Shown: positions 12,137 through 24,660 of the stretch, piece by piece
How positions within the stretch are numbered: the first letter of the stretch is position 1
How the letters are laid out: each line of letters opens with the position of its first letter
Origin: Psilocybe cubensis
Taxonomy: Eukaryota
Reading direction: 5' to 3'
NCBI GenBank assembly: GCA_017499595.2
Contig: CM039002.1
Coordinates: 124,001-188,000, forward strand
DNA: 64,000 bases
Position numbers and translations under genes: made by a program
Notes under the pieces: model-generated
Told to the model about the DNA's origin: nothing
Database searches by the model: none
What the model saw: only the letters and a program-made list of their open reading frames with translations

Positions 12137-14370
12137 ATGGCTCATAATTTTGACTTTTCTGCTATAAACTACACTCAAAATCACAATCAAAATCAAGAGC
12201 ACTACTTACCGATGACTCAGTTTAATTTTTCTGCAGATAATAGTCTTGCCCAAACAGTACCTGCACCGACTAGCTCTGTAAGTCTTTTATTCCCCGTTTT
12301 TACCTTGACCGACTACTTGGGCATTTTCTAAAGTTACTTTGAGGCCCAGAACACCCAAAACAAATCACAACAGTCAACCGAAGCAATTCTCAAAGCTGCT
12401 ACACATTTTATGCTAATGGCAGCGCATAATAAGGCCCATGCAGAGCTTTATGAGGAGTGTATGCGGTCAAAATATCAATTAGAGGTGCAATTGTGCGTAA
12501 ATCCTTTTATTTATAAACCAATATATGCGTCATAAATGTGTTTTTTTATTCAGAAAACTTGTGTCCGAGCTCAAGGAGGAGCTCAAAGAAATCCATTGTC
12601 ACGGCCTGTCTAGGCTCGGAGATTCCTCAGGCTCACGTCACGGGCAAGATTCAACAGAAAATGGCAATCCGAAAGCACAAAACCCATCCATTACCATTCC
12701 CTACTCACCACCAATGGATAAGCAGGACGACTATCCGCATGTTCGCTTTTGGGATAAAGAGGAGTGGATTGATTATAAAACAAGGGCGGCAAACCGTAAC
12801 CAATCAGTTGATAAGTTATATTTTCTTTGTAATGAGGATGGCGAGATGGTTTCACAGGCACGTCGTGAAGAAATGACAGAAACGGCCAAGGTGGCATTCA
12901 ACGAACTCTACTACTGGCGCCTTGATCCACATACATGGGGAAAGGGAAATCAACAGGCTCGGGACTACTTTAGCGCAATAATGAGGGGAAAATTTCCCGA
13001 GTTTAGATGGTGCAGTAACGACTGGAAGATTAGGGAGTTTGCAACCATTAGATATCCTGACTGGGCATCTCATATCCGTAAAACGGGTGACTTACTTCGT
13101 GAGTAACATTCCTTCTTTTAATTGCACTGCTCAGATGGCGGATAATGGTACAAAAATTAGGTGCACGGCCTTCTATTGGAAAGCGAGGCACCGATTACAA
13201 CAATCTCACCGCTTCAAAGCCAAAAAAGCGACGCCCAAATACTTCATTGCACAGTCACGCCGGTGAACAGCACATCATCGATGTTGATGCAGGTATAGTT
13301 CTCTTTGATTCATGTTTATATTTTTTGAATTGTGGTAATGATACTTCACATTCTTTCAGTTCCCCTACCCAAAGAAGTTCCGGTTCCGGGTCCATCTACA
13401 CTACCCAACCCAGAATTTGCGTCGGATTTGCCTCATCGTCAGGAATCTCCCACGGTTGAAGAAATCTTATCGGCAACCGCAGCTTCCATCTCGACTAGAA
13501 CATCTGTTGAGTTGGTCACGACATTGACATCAAACTCTACAAATCTTCGCACCTTAGAAGACTCGGAAGTGCCTATAGTCAATGCTGAGGTAACCGTATC
13601 ACAGCCCTGTTTGTATTGTTTGTATTGTCCTGCTAATTTTGATCTTTGTAGAAACACACGGACGGGTTGGCCAGTGGTACTACAAGCAACCTTTCTGGCA
13701 CTTCTGAACCGCCTGCATTCCAGAGGGTAGAGGACGTGGAGCTGACTGTACCTAATGGAGTTCAGCAAAATGCTATATCAACTCGTCGTACAAGGGTAAG
13801 GGCTACTTATTGTTTTTTGTTGTTGTTCTTTTTCTAAATGCGTCATCGTTAAGTTAAATCCTTTGTAAGTTCAAGTCAATTCTTTGTTATTCTATAACTG
13901 ATACCACATTTTACAAACTAGAGCCGGTCTTACCATTCCAAACCCAGCCTTTGAAGTTCCCGGGCAGTCCGCTCTTGAAAACACGTCCAATTCCGAGTCT
14001 TCCATGGTCCCGGCACAAAAGGGGAAGAAAGCAAAACCCATGGTGGTTTCAAAGGCGCTGACCGCTCGGTAAGAAATATATATCTTCTTACGTATAACTT
14101 ATATTGATTTGTTTGCATTTTTGTTTGCATTTAGAAATCTTTTCGCACTTGATTACCAGAAGACGCACCCTAATGTCACTGCTGCAGAGTTTAAGAAGGT
14201 TTATGAGAATCTCGACAGGGATATTATCAAGGTATGTTTATTCCTTTGTTTGTCTGTGCTAGAAACGGCGGCAACGCTAACCATACTTCTGTTAGAAATA
14301 TGAGATTCTTAGTAAGGAAAGAAAAGCAGCATCAAAGGCGCCAGCAGCTATTACAACAAGTGCTGCGTAA
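12137..14370 (+). CDS. Second (accessory) gene of the transposon, multi-exon
   Basis: ATG at 12137. Conserved-looking core YPHVRFWDKEEW..LCNEDGEMVS..PHTWGK..FPEFRWCSNDWKIREFATIRYPDW, an NLS-like KPKKRR, and a C-terminal RNLFALDYQKTHPNVTAAEFKKVYENL helix module. Lies inside the TIRs. Confidence 0.7.
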
Positions 14371-16009
14371 GTGGCTCTTACCATTCATGTGTATCTATAT
14401 CAGTTGGACTTATTATTCTGCCATTTTTGATAGTGATTAACTTAGTGATTATGGCAATATGGACAATACAAGAGGGATGTTCATGGCATATCAGCACAGA
14501 TGTGCTCGGATAGTCTCGGATAGCTACAGACATTTGTACAGAACAATGTGATTAAAATAAAACCATCAGTTCAAAGATTGGCAGATAGGCACATAATGAT
14601 ACAGATAGTCTCAGAGTGCTCCAGAACTATCTGCACCCAAAGAACCCGTGTTGAGCCCACTCATGCAGAAACGACAGACATATGCAGAAAAAAATCTGCA
14701 GGTGGGAAATTTTCTGTATATTTCCTCGTATATCTGGATTGCGGATTTATGCAGATATTCGCAGAGTAGCGCATGTCCAACTTTCACTGGGGCTGAGCAA
14801 TGACCTCAAGGTAAAGAAATTCACTATGCTCAGCAATTACCCCTCGGTTGAACAGCATTGTAATTGTATGGATATGTTGCGCAGGCATCAAGTATTAAAC
14901 ACGAGGTGACCTCGATGTACTATCAACCACACACACAGTAATTTTTCCCACCGTACCAATCACCTGAAAGCTGTACGCTCCATCACTTTCTTGTAGCTAT
15001 TAAGTGCAGCCATGGTTACACGCCGTTCCCGACTCAAAAACGAAAATCCTTGTAATGAATCAAGAGACACTGTAACCTTGCTTGAAGCTCTACTCAAACG
15101 CTATGAAGAGTTGACAACAATTTATGACTTACAAGTTTTTCTCGGCCCTGCAATCTTTCCAACCTAATTGGGACCCTTGACAGTTCAACCCACGCATCCC
15201 TCAAACCCTGTGGCGCAAAGAGACATCTTTCTGACACATTGTAGTTATCAAGGTTCGCACAATCTCCCGCCTGACTACTCCACCCTAGCCCTTCCTCCTC
15301 CTCTCGCAACCTCGTTTACAATCCGTACCTCTTGTTCATAAGAATATTAGACAATTTGTGAGTGATGCCCGCACGAGGTAGGGAAGAATGGTAGAGTCGT
15401 CAGACATGCGGAGACAACCGTGCTGCTTGCGGAGGTTGATGCGTAGCTGTTTTCAGTACCCTCTCAGTACATCAATGATAGGGGACATACCTCTCGCCGT
15501 GGGAATCGCACCAACGAATGGCACCAAAGTAGGTGTAATTCTCTCTTTCCCTCCTATTTCTGCGCGGATGTGATATCGCGAGTAAGTGCTTGGTTGATTG
15601 TGGCCTTGGTCTGCTGCATTTCAATGCGTGTCCTAAATGCGAAGCGTCCGGTGTCTGAATTCGGTCTGTACATAGATGACTTTGGATCATAGTTATAATA
15701 TCTTGATCTTAATGAGTGACAAAATCCCATTTGATCGCTGAGAAACGATACAATGTCAATCTGCAAATACACTTATTATTATCATTGATCAACTATAAAT
15801 GAACATGTGAGCTAGGCCGATGAAGTATAGGTGAACATCAAGTCCGTTGTACAGGCCATCATCCGCAGGTAGTTCAATTAAACTATGGCACAAAGGACTG
15901 CCACCGAATCAGCAAGAACAGCCACACCACCCACATGTGTACATAAATACCCTACAAGAGGGTGTGTGTATAGGGTGTGTGTGCTTGTGCGTAAATGTTT
16001 TCTGACAAC

Positions 16010-16565
16010 CTGTCTCTCCAAAAAGAGGACTCGGCAATATTGAAGTGGAGTGAGGATTGTGCGGGTCACCTGAATATTCTATTGAAGTTGAATGCTTCAG
16101 AACCGCTCTGACTGGGCAAGTTGTTCGAAAAATTGAATAAGTTGGGCTAGGACATTGAGTGAAGAGTAAGGAGGTCTGCCAGGAATGGGTAAAGGTCATT
16201 CAAGGCGGCATCACCGAGATTAAGTCGTCCTTTGTTGGTCCAGCCACGGGGTTGAGGGATCGAATTAATGTCCTGAGTGCAGAGTTTCGTGAACACGGGC
16301 CATGTGGAAAGACATAGCAATCTGTACCAGGATTAAATCCTTGGGGGCTAGGTGGAAATAGGAAGCCCTCGGCGCCTCCTAACAAAGTGGTGAATCCGTT
16401 TGCAGGTGCATGGTAACTATCCATTCCTATAAACACTATTTGCATTAGATCAATGCACTTGCAATGGTTATTACAATCTCACCAGTGATATTGAAATTGA
16501 ATGCTTCAGACCCGCTCTGACTGAGTGTGACGTTCAAAGAATCGAAGAAGTTGGACTGCGACATT
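16010..16565 (-). pseudogene. Rearranged gene remnants: duplicated first exon (MSQSNFF..SQSGSEAFNFN) plus an orphan-family motif
   Basis: Copy A has its ATG near 16564. Copy B has its ATG near 16155 and a premature TAG at codon 3. Positions 16010-16050 encode SILPSPLFGET, matching family copy 1. Confidence 0.5.
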
Positions 16566-16717
16566 GAGTAAAAAGGCAACGATGGGTTCTGATACAAAAA
16601 TTTGGAATGGGTCAAGGTGAGAAATTTCGCGGAAAACAATGGATAGATCGTAAGAACCACTACAAGTGCGTTGGTCTAATGCTAATGGTGTTTGTAGAAA
16701 TGGATAGTTACCATGCA
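16407..16717. repeat. 73-bp imperfect inverted repeat (16407-16479 / 16645-16717)
   Basis: By-eye alignment of arm 2 against the reverse complement of arm 1 shows about 10 mismatches and no gaps. Confidence 0.85.
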
Positions 16718-16859
16718 GATTTTCAGGCTACGGAACACCCTCGATATCACAGATTACTTTTTTCTCACACTCATTGAAGCTTGCCGAACACGCCGGACCA
16801 AATTCGTACAAAATGATGAGATGCATACGATAAGATAAGCAAAATATTTGACACGTCCA

Positions 16860-18199
16860 ACGTTAGTCCCCCGTTCCACAACTGCTCTGTACCACGGCCT
16901 ACGAACTACAGGTATCAAACCGGGAGGAAAGAAGGTGCGAGAACTAGCTGGCTGATTGTATATCTACGATTGCAGTGCTAACTTTTCTATTCTGTTTGTT
17001 TGGTAGCGTATTATGCATATTATGCGTACCTTCTTTCCATTGCCGTCTACACGCACTTTGCGCTCAACGGGTCCACCCACCCTTGTTTGGCGCCCCTGCC
17101 GTACTATCGAGGAGTTCTCTTCAGTGTTCCACTGTCGTGATGTACAAATATTTCAAATCCAGACTTGGTATGTCATTTTTCAAACACACGCACCGTTCAT
17201 TTTCTTGTTCGTGTTGAAGCTCGGACCTGCAACCTTTGGCGCCAGTCCTAAAAAATTCCAGATATGGGAAATCAAATATACCTTCAAGCATCACTTGACG
17301 AGTCAGTAATCCTTCCGGATGTCTGTTCAACGGGCGTGAACCCGGAGCCTTGTCGCTCTTGGTGTCCTTTGTGCTTAGGTTGAAATTCTGGACTGCCTGT
17401 CTCTCCAGAAGGTCGACTGTGCAAGGTAAAAATGAGGTAAGTATTATGTGCACCCCCTGAGTATCCCTGATCATTCTCTGTTGGAATTATAAAGAGTTGG
17501 GCAGGTTCTGTGGTCCCCGTATGGTGTTTACCTGCGAAAAAACATGCCCGTTTATTCCCGTGAGCGACCAACCGACATGTCTTGCTGAGAGGGATTACTT
17601 GTGCAGCATGTGCTTGTGTGTGTCGTCCAAAAAATTATTCCGGACCTGAGAAATCGTGTGCTCGATATTGCAGGCGGGATGAATATCTGATGGGATGGAG
17701 GGGCACGTTGTGAAGTTTTACAAACTTCATTGACATCTCTACTCTACCTATCTGTGTAGCGATGGGCAGCGCATACGATGCGGTTCATGGGTCACGGAAA
17801 AGGGTATCTCTCTTGCCGCTGAGTTTTGAGATTGCAGGATGATCAGTACTCGGGTACAATGGACCGCCCCGGAGGGGCATCGTTGAGCTTTGGGAAACCT
17901 ACAAGTCGACCAAGTGTGTCTCCTCCGGGGCGGTAACGTCGAGTTCTCGTCTTGCAAACCATGCTCTACCGCATTTGACAATATTCAAACATGTCAGGGA
18001 TTACCCCTGGTGGGATATTTTCTAAATCACCCTCTACTTCGCTCAGAGGGTAACGGTTGACTAACACATTGATCATGCCATATTTTAGAACAATATTCAT
18101 ACAGCGACAACTAGCGATCGCAACTGTGGTACCCGTTGTATCACATTCGTTCCGTCTGCCAAGCGTGATTTTTGAAGAACCAGCAACATTTAGCGACAT
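16860..18199 (-). pseudogene. Orphan gene family, copy 3, frameshifted
   Basis: ATG at 18199 (MSLNVAGSSKITLG) and NRYPLSEVEGDL..IPDMFEY, followed by a 25-nt deletion relative to copy 1 that gives an early stop. GSGFTPVEQTS and RKVRVDGNGKKV are retained downstream. Confidence 0.65.
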
Positions 18200-19132
18200 C
18201 GAGGGCTTCAATTCGCAGAGAAATATAAACGTTCAGATGTAAAACTTGGAAGCAGATCATAGTCGCAAATTTAGACGTGAACAATGGACAGGCAATTCTT
18301 TGTAATATGAATGCTTACACGCCTCTGACTCGTGTCATCCTTCAGCGCTCGCCTTTGGCCGTGGGAAAGTGTTCCATCGGTATCTTTTGGTGTCGGATCA
18401 TGATACTGCTTAGCTATTTCTAACGAAGACACCTACTGCGATTGATGAAGCAACGGCCGGGAGGCCAGAAAATGACCTCAAGGTAAAGAAATTAACCACC
18501 ATTTACGGTGACACCCCGTTTGAACAGCATATTCTACCTCCAGGCTGACTTGCGGGGCCGAGCTTGCTGTATACAGCGTGCGGCTGCCACGATGTTTGCT
18601 GTACCAGTTAGATCACAACGGGTAAATAACATTTACGATGAACAGTGCTTTTCACACCTACAACGATGTCTTGAGCCAGCTATCAAGGTACACATTGTCC
18701 AGTTCACAGGTTGTCTGAAAGTTGAGCGTAGTCCCCTCACAGTACACCAAATCTCTGGTTTAAACGAAAAAATGAGGTTCAGAACGTCTAGATTTTAATT
18801 CAAAAGCCGCAGTCGCATTCCATATAATCGTCCACAGTTTTTCTCCACTCTCTGTTCGCGCGTTGGCACCAGGCCTCCCCTAAACGTCCGCGATCTGACT
18901 GGTTAAATGAAGGTAAGTTAAGAATATCTCGTTTAAATGAATGCTCTAGGAAGTTACTGATTTCCTTTCCTTGCAAAACTTGAAAGAGCAGGCAGTGCGC
19001 CATGCGCCACAGCAAAAATAGCCTCTCAGCCACGATGTTGAAAGTGCTAACTTGAGCACCTCACGTGAGGCCATGAGGTTGTCGCTATTTAGCCGACGTC
19101 GAAAGTTTCGCTGTTCTTCATCCGCAACTATC

Positions 19133-20535
19133 ATGTCCACAATCCTATCGATACTAAAGGTGAGATTCTGGCTCTTCTCTTAGACGAGAAATGATACTTA
19201 ATACAATACAATATAGTCTATATTTTACCTTCAACGCCGGATAGTGTATCCCTGGGGCTTCAAGTCATATCCACGCTGTGCGTTCTTTTTCTAGTCTTCC
19301 TTTTCGTTGAATTTGCTGAGGTTTGTGTGGAATGTACAAGATGTGTGTAGCCCGGGCATGTACCGCATGTGTCACGAAGACGTTGTACTCATCACCAAAG
19401 ACAAAATGAAGCTTCACTGCTTTCTCGTCGGTGGCATCCCGGAGCTCGTAAGGATACCACCCAGCTTCACACGTCCGCGTCTCTGGTGACTCATTCTGAT
19501 TTTTTTGACTTGCTTTTGTTCTAGGAAAGTGCGAAAGGGACTGTGATAATCTTTCATGGGAACGCGATGAACTACGGGGACATGCTAGACCACGCAAAGG
19601 TATTCTACGATCATATGGTTGCCACTCTCTTAGTTGAATATCGAGGGTGATCTTTGAGTTCGTTACAAGTCGTATACGTAAACTGATGAGGGCATTGTAG
19701 ATACGGACATAACAAAGGCGTGCCGTCTGAGAAAGGTGAGTGGCTTTCAACCTTCTTACACCGTTCTCCACAACTCAATCTGCTTTCAAGGTCTTTGCCT
19801 CGATGCTCAGGCCGCCGTGGACTATGTAACTTCTCACCCTATTCTGTCAAAATTGCCAATCGTAAGTCAAGGTTTTGATAGTCTAGGCGCTCATACTCAA
19901 GCTTTCACGCATTTCTCAGATTATATATGGTCAATCTCTCGGTGGTGCCGTAGCTATTGAAGCAGCAAGTAAAAATCACGACAAGGTGCGTATTGATTCG
20001 TATTGTAAGAATACGTGCGACATCTAAAAGGCATTTATCTTCAGATATCCGCATTGATTATAGAGAACACATTCATATCCATAGCAGAATTCATCAATGG
20101 CTTTCCCATTATCCGACATCTCTCCTGGATGTGTACTCAGAAATGGAAATCTTCAGCCAAATTGTCCCGTCTCCCAACCTCCTTGCCTATCCTCATGCTG
20201 AGTGGTCGATTCGATCGAGTTATCGATCCTTCGCACATGGATGAGCTGTGGAAGGTAGCCATGACTAGAGGTCGTCCGGAAAGCAAAAATGGCCAGCCAA
20301 ATGAAGAATACCAGCCTCCTACCAAGGACATGTTTCAAGAATTTCCGTATGGAAGACACAGTGAGTGGATTGTTGAAAATTGTTTCCTTGTTTGTTTTTT
20401 CTTTTTGCTTATTTAACGTCATTTGTAGCTAGTACATATTTGGAAGACAATTACTGGGAAACTATAATTAAATTCCTTGAAAACGTCTTAGAAATTCAAA
20501 TACCGGATGTAGATGAAGATGAAGATGAAGACTAG
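19133..20535 (+). CDS. BEM46/ABHD13-like alpha/beta hydrolase, copy 1
   Basis: Spliced motifs QRRIVYP, IIFHGNAMN, EYRGYGHNKG, GLCLDAQAAVDYV, YGQSLGGAVA, ALIIENTF, LSGRFDRVI, YGRH. The Ser-Asp-His triad is intact and the protein ends in an acidic tail DVDEDEDED. Confidence 0.88.
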
Positions 20536-23255
20536 ACAATTCCTAGTTGTTTGTCTGTTACTCACGATGCCTTGCACTACTGTTTTGATCTTTGATTTCC
20601 TTGACATGGGTTGATATTATACACATCTTCGAAATTATATTTTATTGTAGAAATATAGATAACAACATATGTTTCGCTATTTAATGAGGCAATATCATGA
20701 TCAACCATTCAAACAGTTTGACTGAACTCGTCCCAGAAGCAATGTAAACAATTTTCAAGACTGGTGTTTGTGAAGTGAGCTAGTGGGCGAGTCATGGGTA
20801 GTGAAGGGTGTTTCTTTTTTGAATAGTTGCAATTGAAATGTGAGAACTCACTACAACGAAAGGTTTGCAAACTCGGCGCTTTCATGATATAAACACTTCA
20901 CGGGAAGTGAGACGTGTCTTTGCCAGTTCCGCGAATTGAATGTTCGCCTCTTGTCATCTCCAGTCGCTCCTGCATTCTATTCAGGCTGCTCGATGAGAGC
21001 ACATCTCCCCGGCCTCTGCGCAATGCTGGGCAACGAAATTATCATCTCCATATCCATATGCTCCATCCTATCTTCCCTCGTCTTCTTCGTAGTTTCCATA
21101 CGCTTCAAGCTTGGGGCAAAATGTAAGTGTAAAGGTTTCCCTTGAGACACATGGTCTGAGGGAAAATAATGAAATTTATTATTCTCCTTTATACGCGTAT
21201 GTTCTCTGGGCGTTCCTCATTGGACTATGGTAACAAGCTCTTTGAACTCGATCAACCCTGACCTTGGCTGGAACTGAAAACGCCCACGACGAAGTTTTTC
21301 AATCGGAGCTTGAATGCGTTGATCTGTGGCAGTGCTCAATTTTGAACTTGCACTCTGCGCCGACGCCCGATGGCAACACTTGGACGAATCTCATTCCAGT
21401 TCTTATCTATCTACGATCTGTTTACTTGGGAAGTTATTCAAACTTTCTCACCGAACTTCAAATCCATCCAATTGACTCAGGCTCAGCAATTAGCCTAACG
21501 ACGCGTCGTTCGAAAGTCGATTTGAACGGCGAAGAACTGCTTCCTCGAAATAGTCATAGACACTTCAAAAGAGCTACGGGCCGGATGAGAGATTGATGAG
21601 GGAGAAATAGCAGTCTGAGACACGGGTATATCTTACAATTCACTGCTCTGTCATGATCGGTGCGTTGGCTTGATTTTGTCGTGATATACCTGTCATCTTA
21701 TTGGTTTGCTGTCGTTTGACATTTAATCTGGAACCCGAATCTCTCCCTGGAACCTCACCTACCTCTTTTTAGATTCAGCCTATGTACCGGTCATTAACTC
21801 GAACCCTCACAGACCTGGATTCCATCAGCTAGTCAGCCCCATACGGGTATGTGTCTCATCTCATTTATCTACCCCCATCCCCCCTTCCGCGAGAGTGCTG
21901 TGGGATGCTTCGTCTAGGCTCTGTTCATGAGTACCTTTACCCTCCTTTAAACCTAAACCGTCCATACAATGCCTGCGTGGCTCATCACACATACCGCTCT
22001 TACTCCCACCCTTCATTTCGTAATCATCCTTGCCCACATCCTCCACATATGGATCCCATCCTAGAGAATCGCCACCAGCATTTATCTACGAGTAGAAGTT
22101 AGTTTTATACACCCATCTTTGGCTTCCCAGACGCACTCAGCTCTCCCACAATGTGTTCATGTTTTCCTCTACAGTTTCCCACCCAGGTCCACATCGCATA
22201 TGCACAATTCACAAGCGCCCAAGTCAACGCGACCTCAACTACCTGAACGAACATATGCGACCTACAATATTGCAGGGAATGTTCAATAAACGACCGGTAT
22301 ACCTTATCGTACGTGCTAACCATCCGCTATCTTACCGTCTAATCATATGCTGGTCAATAGGTTCCCGAATAGGTGAAATACATGACACATATACCCCAGT
22401 TATCAACGGGATTGTTGTTGACTTGTGGAAGGACTATAGCACGCAGGTATTTTTTAGCATGTTCTACCTCACCAGTGGTTTGAATACGTTCCAGATATCC
22501 TATCGTCGCAACACGCCATCGCTCGACTAAACCCGTTTCTATGCGTCGTGATCATGTCCTTAAATCGGATGAAACTAGGAGCACGCACAAATGGGAGCCC
22601 ATCAAGCGCTGGAGTTACACGACGTCTGGAGGGTATGGTAACAGAGGGGCGGGATCGAAAACAGGGAGGTGGGGAGGAGAGGGGGGCTAGGGTAGGATGA
22701 TCAGGGTCCGCATATATACTAGCATGAACGGTGCGTCATTTCTCTTGTCACTTTTTTCTCCATTCGCGTGCCCAGAAGATTGTTTGATCCCGTGCTGTAT
22801 CATTCCGTATCTCTCTTTTTTTCCATGCGGCTGCACTCTGATTTCTCGCATATACTTCCATGTTGTCGCCAATTCACATTCGCAACCACACTCTCCGCTT
22901 GTTATCAATTGCAAGTTGTCCATTCAAATTTACCACAACTTGTCATCACTTCTCATCAACGCACCTGTTATCCCAATTTAAGGAAGAAACTGATTATATT
23001 CGAAACAGAACTACATTTCAACTTAGATGACTGCAGACAATTGTACGACCATCCACCAGCTTCAATTAACCCTCCCAGTTCGACATCGCGAGTCGGGATC
23101 ACCCCAATTCTGCTCGCCATCAGCACCAGGTCGTTTGCATATACACCCTACGGACCGACCGTGGCTGACAAATGCTTCCAACTCCCAGAGATATTCACCA
23201 TGATGTGCTGCGCTGTGCTGATCCTGGGAGGTGCATCGATCTCCAGAGAATGGGA

Positions 23256-24565
23256 ATGATATCTGGATACATATCCACACAAGCACCGCGCAGAACTACA
23301 GGCTTTCATTCATATCCACGCTGTGAGTTGTGCTAGTAATTGTTCCGTCAAGTCCTCTCATTTCTGAATCTTTTGACATTATTCATGACGTATAAACTTG
23401 AAGACGTGCTTACACCGGATATGTTCAATATGGAATACGAAAATGTTCAACTCGTCACAAAAGACAAAGCGAAGCTTTATTGCTATCTGGTCGGGAGACT
23501 CCAAGACCTCATAAGTCGTACGCATATGTGCTCAGCTTCAAAATGACAGTGCTGACGGATTAATGTGAACTTTGACTTTGACTTGATCCAGAAACATGCA
23601 AGAGGAATCGTTATTTGGTTCCATGGGAATGCGTTTAATCATGGAAGTGAGCTACGTGCAGTGAAGGAACTGTATCATCATGGTTTGGTCGCGCTCACAG
23701 TTGAATATCGAGGGTTAGTTTGGCATTCACGAAATCAATACATACATGAACTGATGGTAAAATAGCTATGGACATAACAAAGGTGTACCGGGAGAAATGG
23801 GTGAGTTGCGCTTAGACTCAACATGTCTCTGCTCGGTCCTCTGCAACTGAATATACTTTCCAGGTATTCGCCTCGATGCTCAGGCGGCCGTTGACTATGT
23901 GAAAAACCACCCTATCCTGTGTAAACTCCCAATCGTAAGTCGATGCTCTAAGAATCTAGGCGCTCACACTCAGCTTTGCACACGTTTCCAGATTTTATAC
24001 GGTCAAGGTCTCGGTGCCGCTGTAGCAATTTACACAGCAAGTAAAAATCGAGACAGAGTACGTATTCAACCATACCTTGTCAGCACAGATAACATCTCAA
24101 CAAAAAAACAAAAAAATATCTTCAGATATCCGCTCTAATTATCGAGAACACCTATACATCCATCCCAGACCTCCTCAGACGACCTATCTCCTGGATGTGT
24201 ACTCAAAAACGGTGGTCGTCCAGCACATTACCCCGTCTCCCGGCAATATTGCCCATTCTAGTGCTCAGCGGCCGAATGGACGAGTACCTACCTTACACGC
24301 ACATGGACGACCTATGGAATATAGCCAGAACTAGAGGTCGTTCGGAAAGCAGCAAAGGCGTTCCAAATGAGGAATATAGACCTCCTCCGAATGATATGTT
24401 TAAAGCGTTTCCTTTGGGATCGCACTGTGAGTGGACCCGTTGCTGATTGCTTCATTATTTCTCTCTGATTTCGCGTCACTGGTAGATTATACATGCGATG
24501 AACCCGGTTATTGGGAGACTATTTTCGAATTTCTTGACCCTTTCATTGTTCATACAATAACATAG
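23256..24565 (+). CDS. BEM46/ABHD13-like alpha/beta hydrolase, copy 2 (nucleophile Ser replaced by Gly)
   Basis: Exon organisation parallels copy 1. Motifs seen: WFHGNAFN, EYRG, LDAQAAVDYV, YGQGLGAAVA, LIIENTY, LSGRMDEY, LGSH. Confidence 0.85.
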
Positions 24566-24660
24566 ATGATTTAGTTGGTGCCGCCTTTGTACGACGTGTC
24601 GATAGAATTGAGGAACGGGGGACAGAGTGCTCAAATTGCAGACATGCAATGAAGCAGGAT

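Larger units (their letters stand above)
8121..14792 (+). mobile_element. Complete CMC/EnSpm-like DNA transposon, 6672 bp, two genes
   Basis: TIRs CCCCAGTGAAActcGGACATGC (8121) and GCATGTCCaacTTTCACTGGGG (ends 14792), extending imperfectly inward with GCAGA/TCTGC repeats. Flanking duplication CTGAG (or GCTGAGC). Paralogous empty sites at ~4770 and ~18465. Confidence 0.9.

Noticed and set aside
3200..18199. Mating-type homeodomain or pheromone locus as an explanation for the orphan family
   Set aside because: No WFxNxR homeodomain motif, STE3 receptor or CaaX pheromone precursor was seen.
20900..23250. Several 60-160-aa ORFs between the hydrolase genes
   Set aside because: No recognisable motifs or consistent exon chain. 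Possibly decayed genes, but unsupported.
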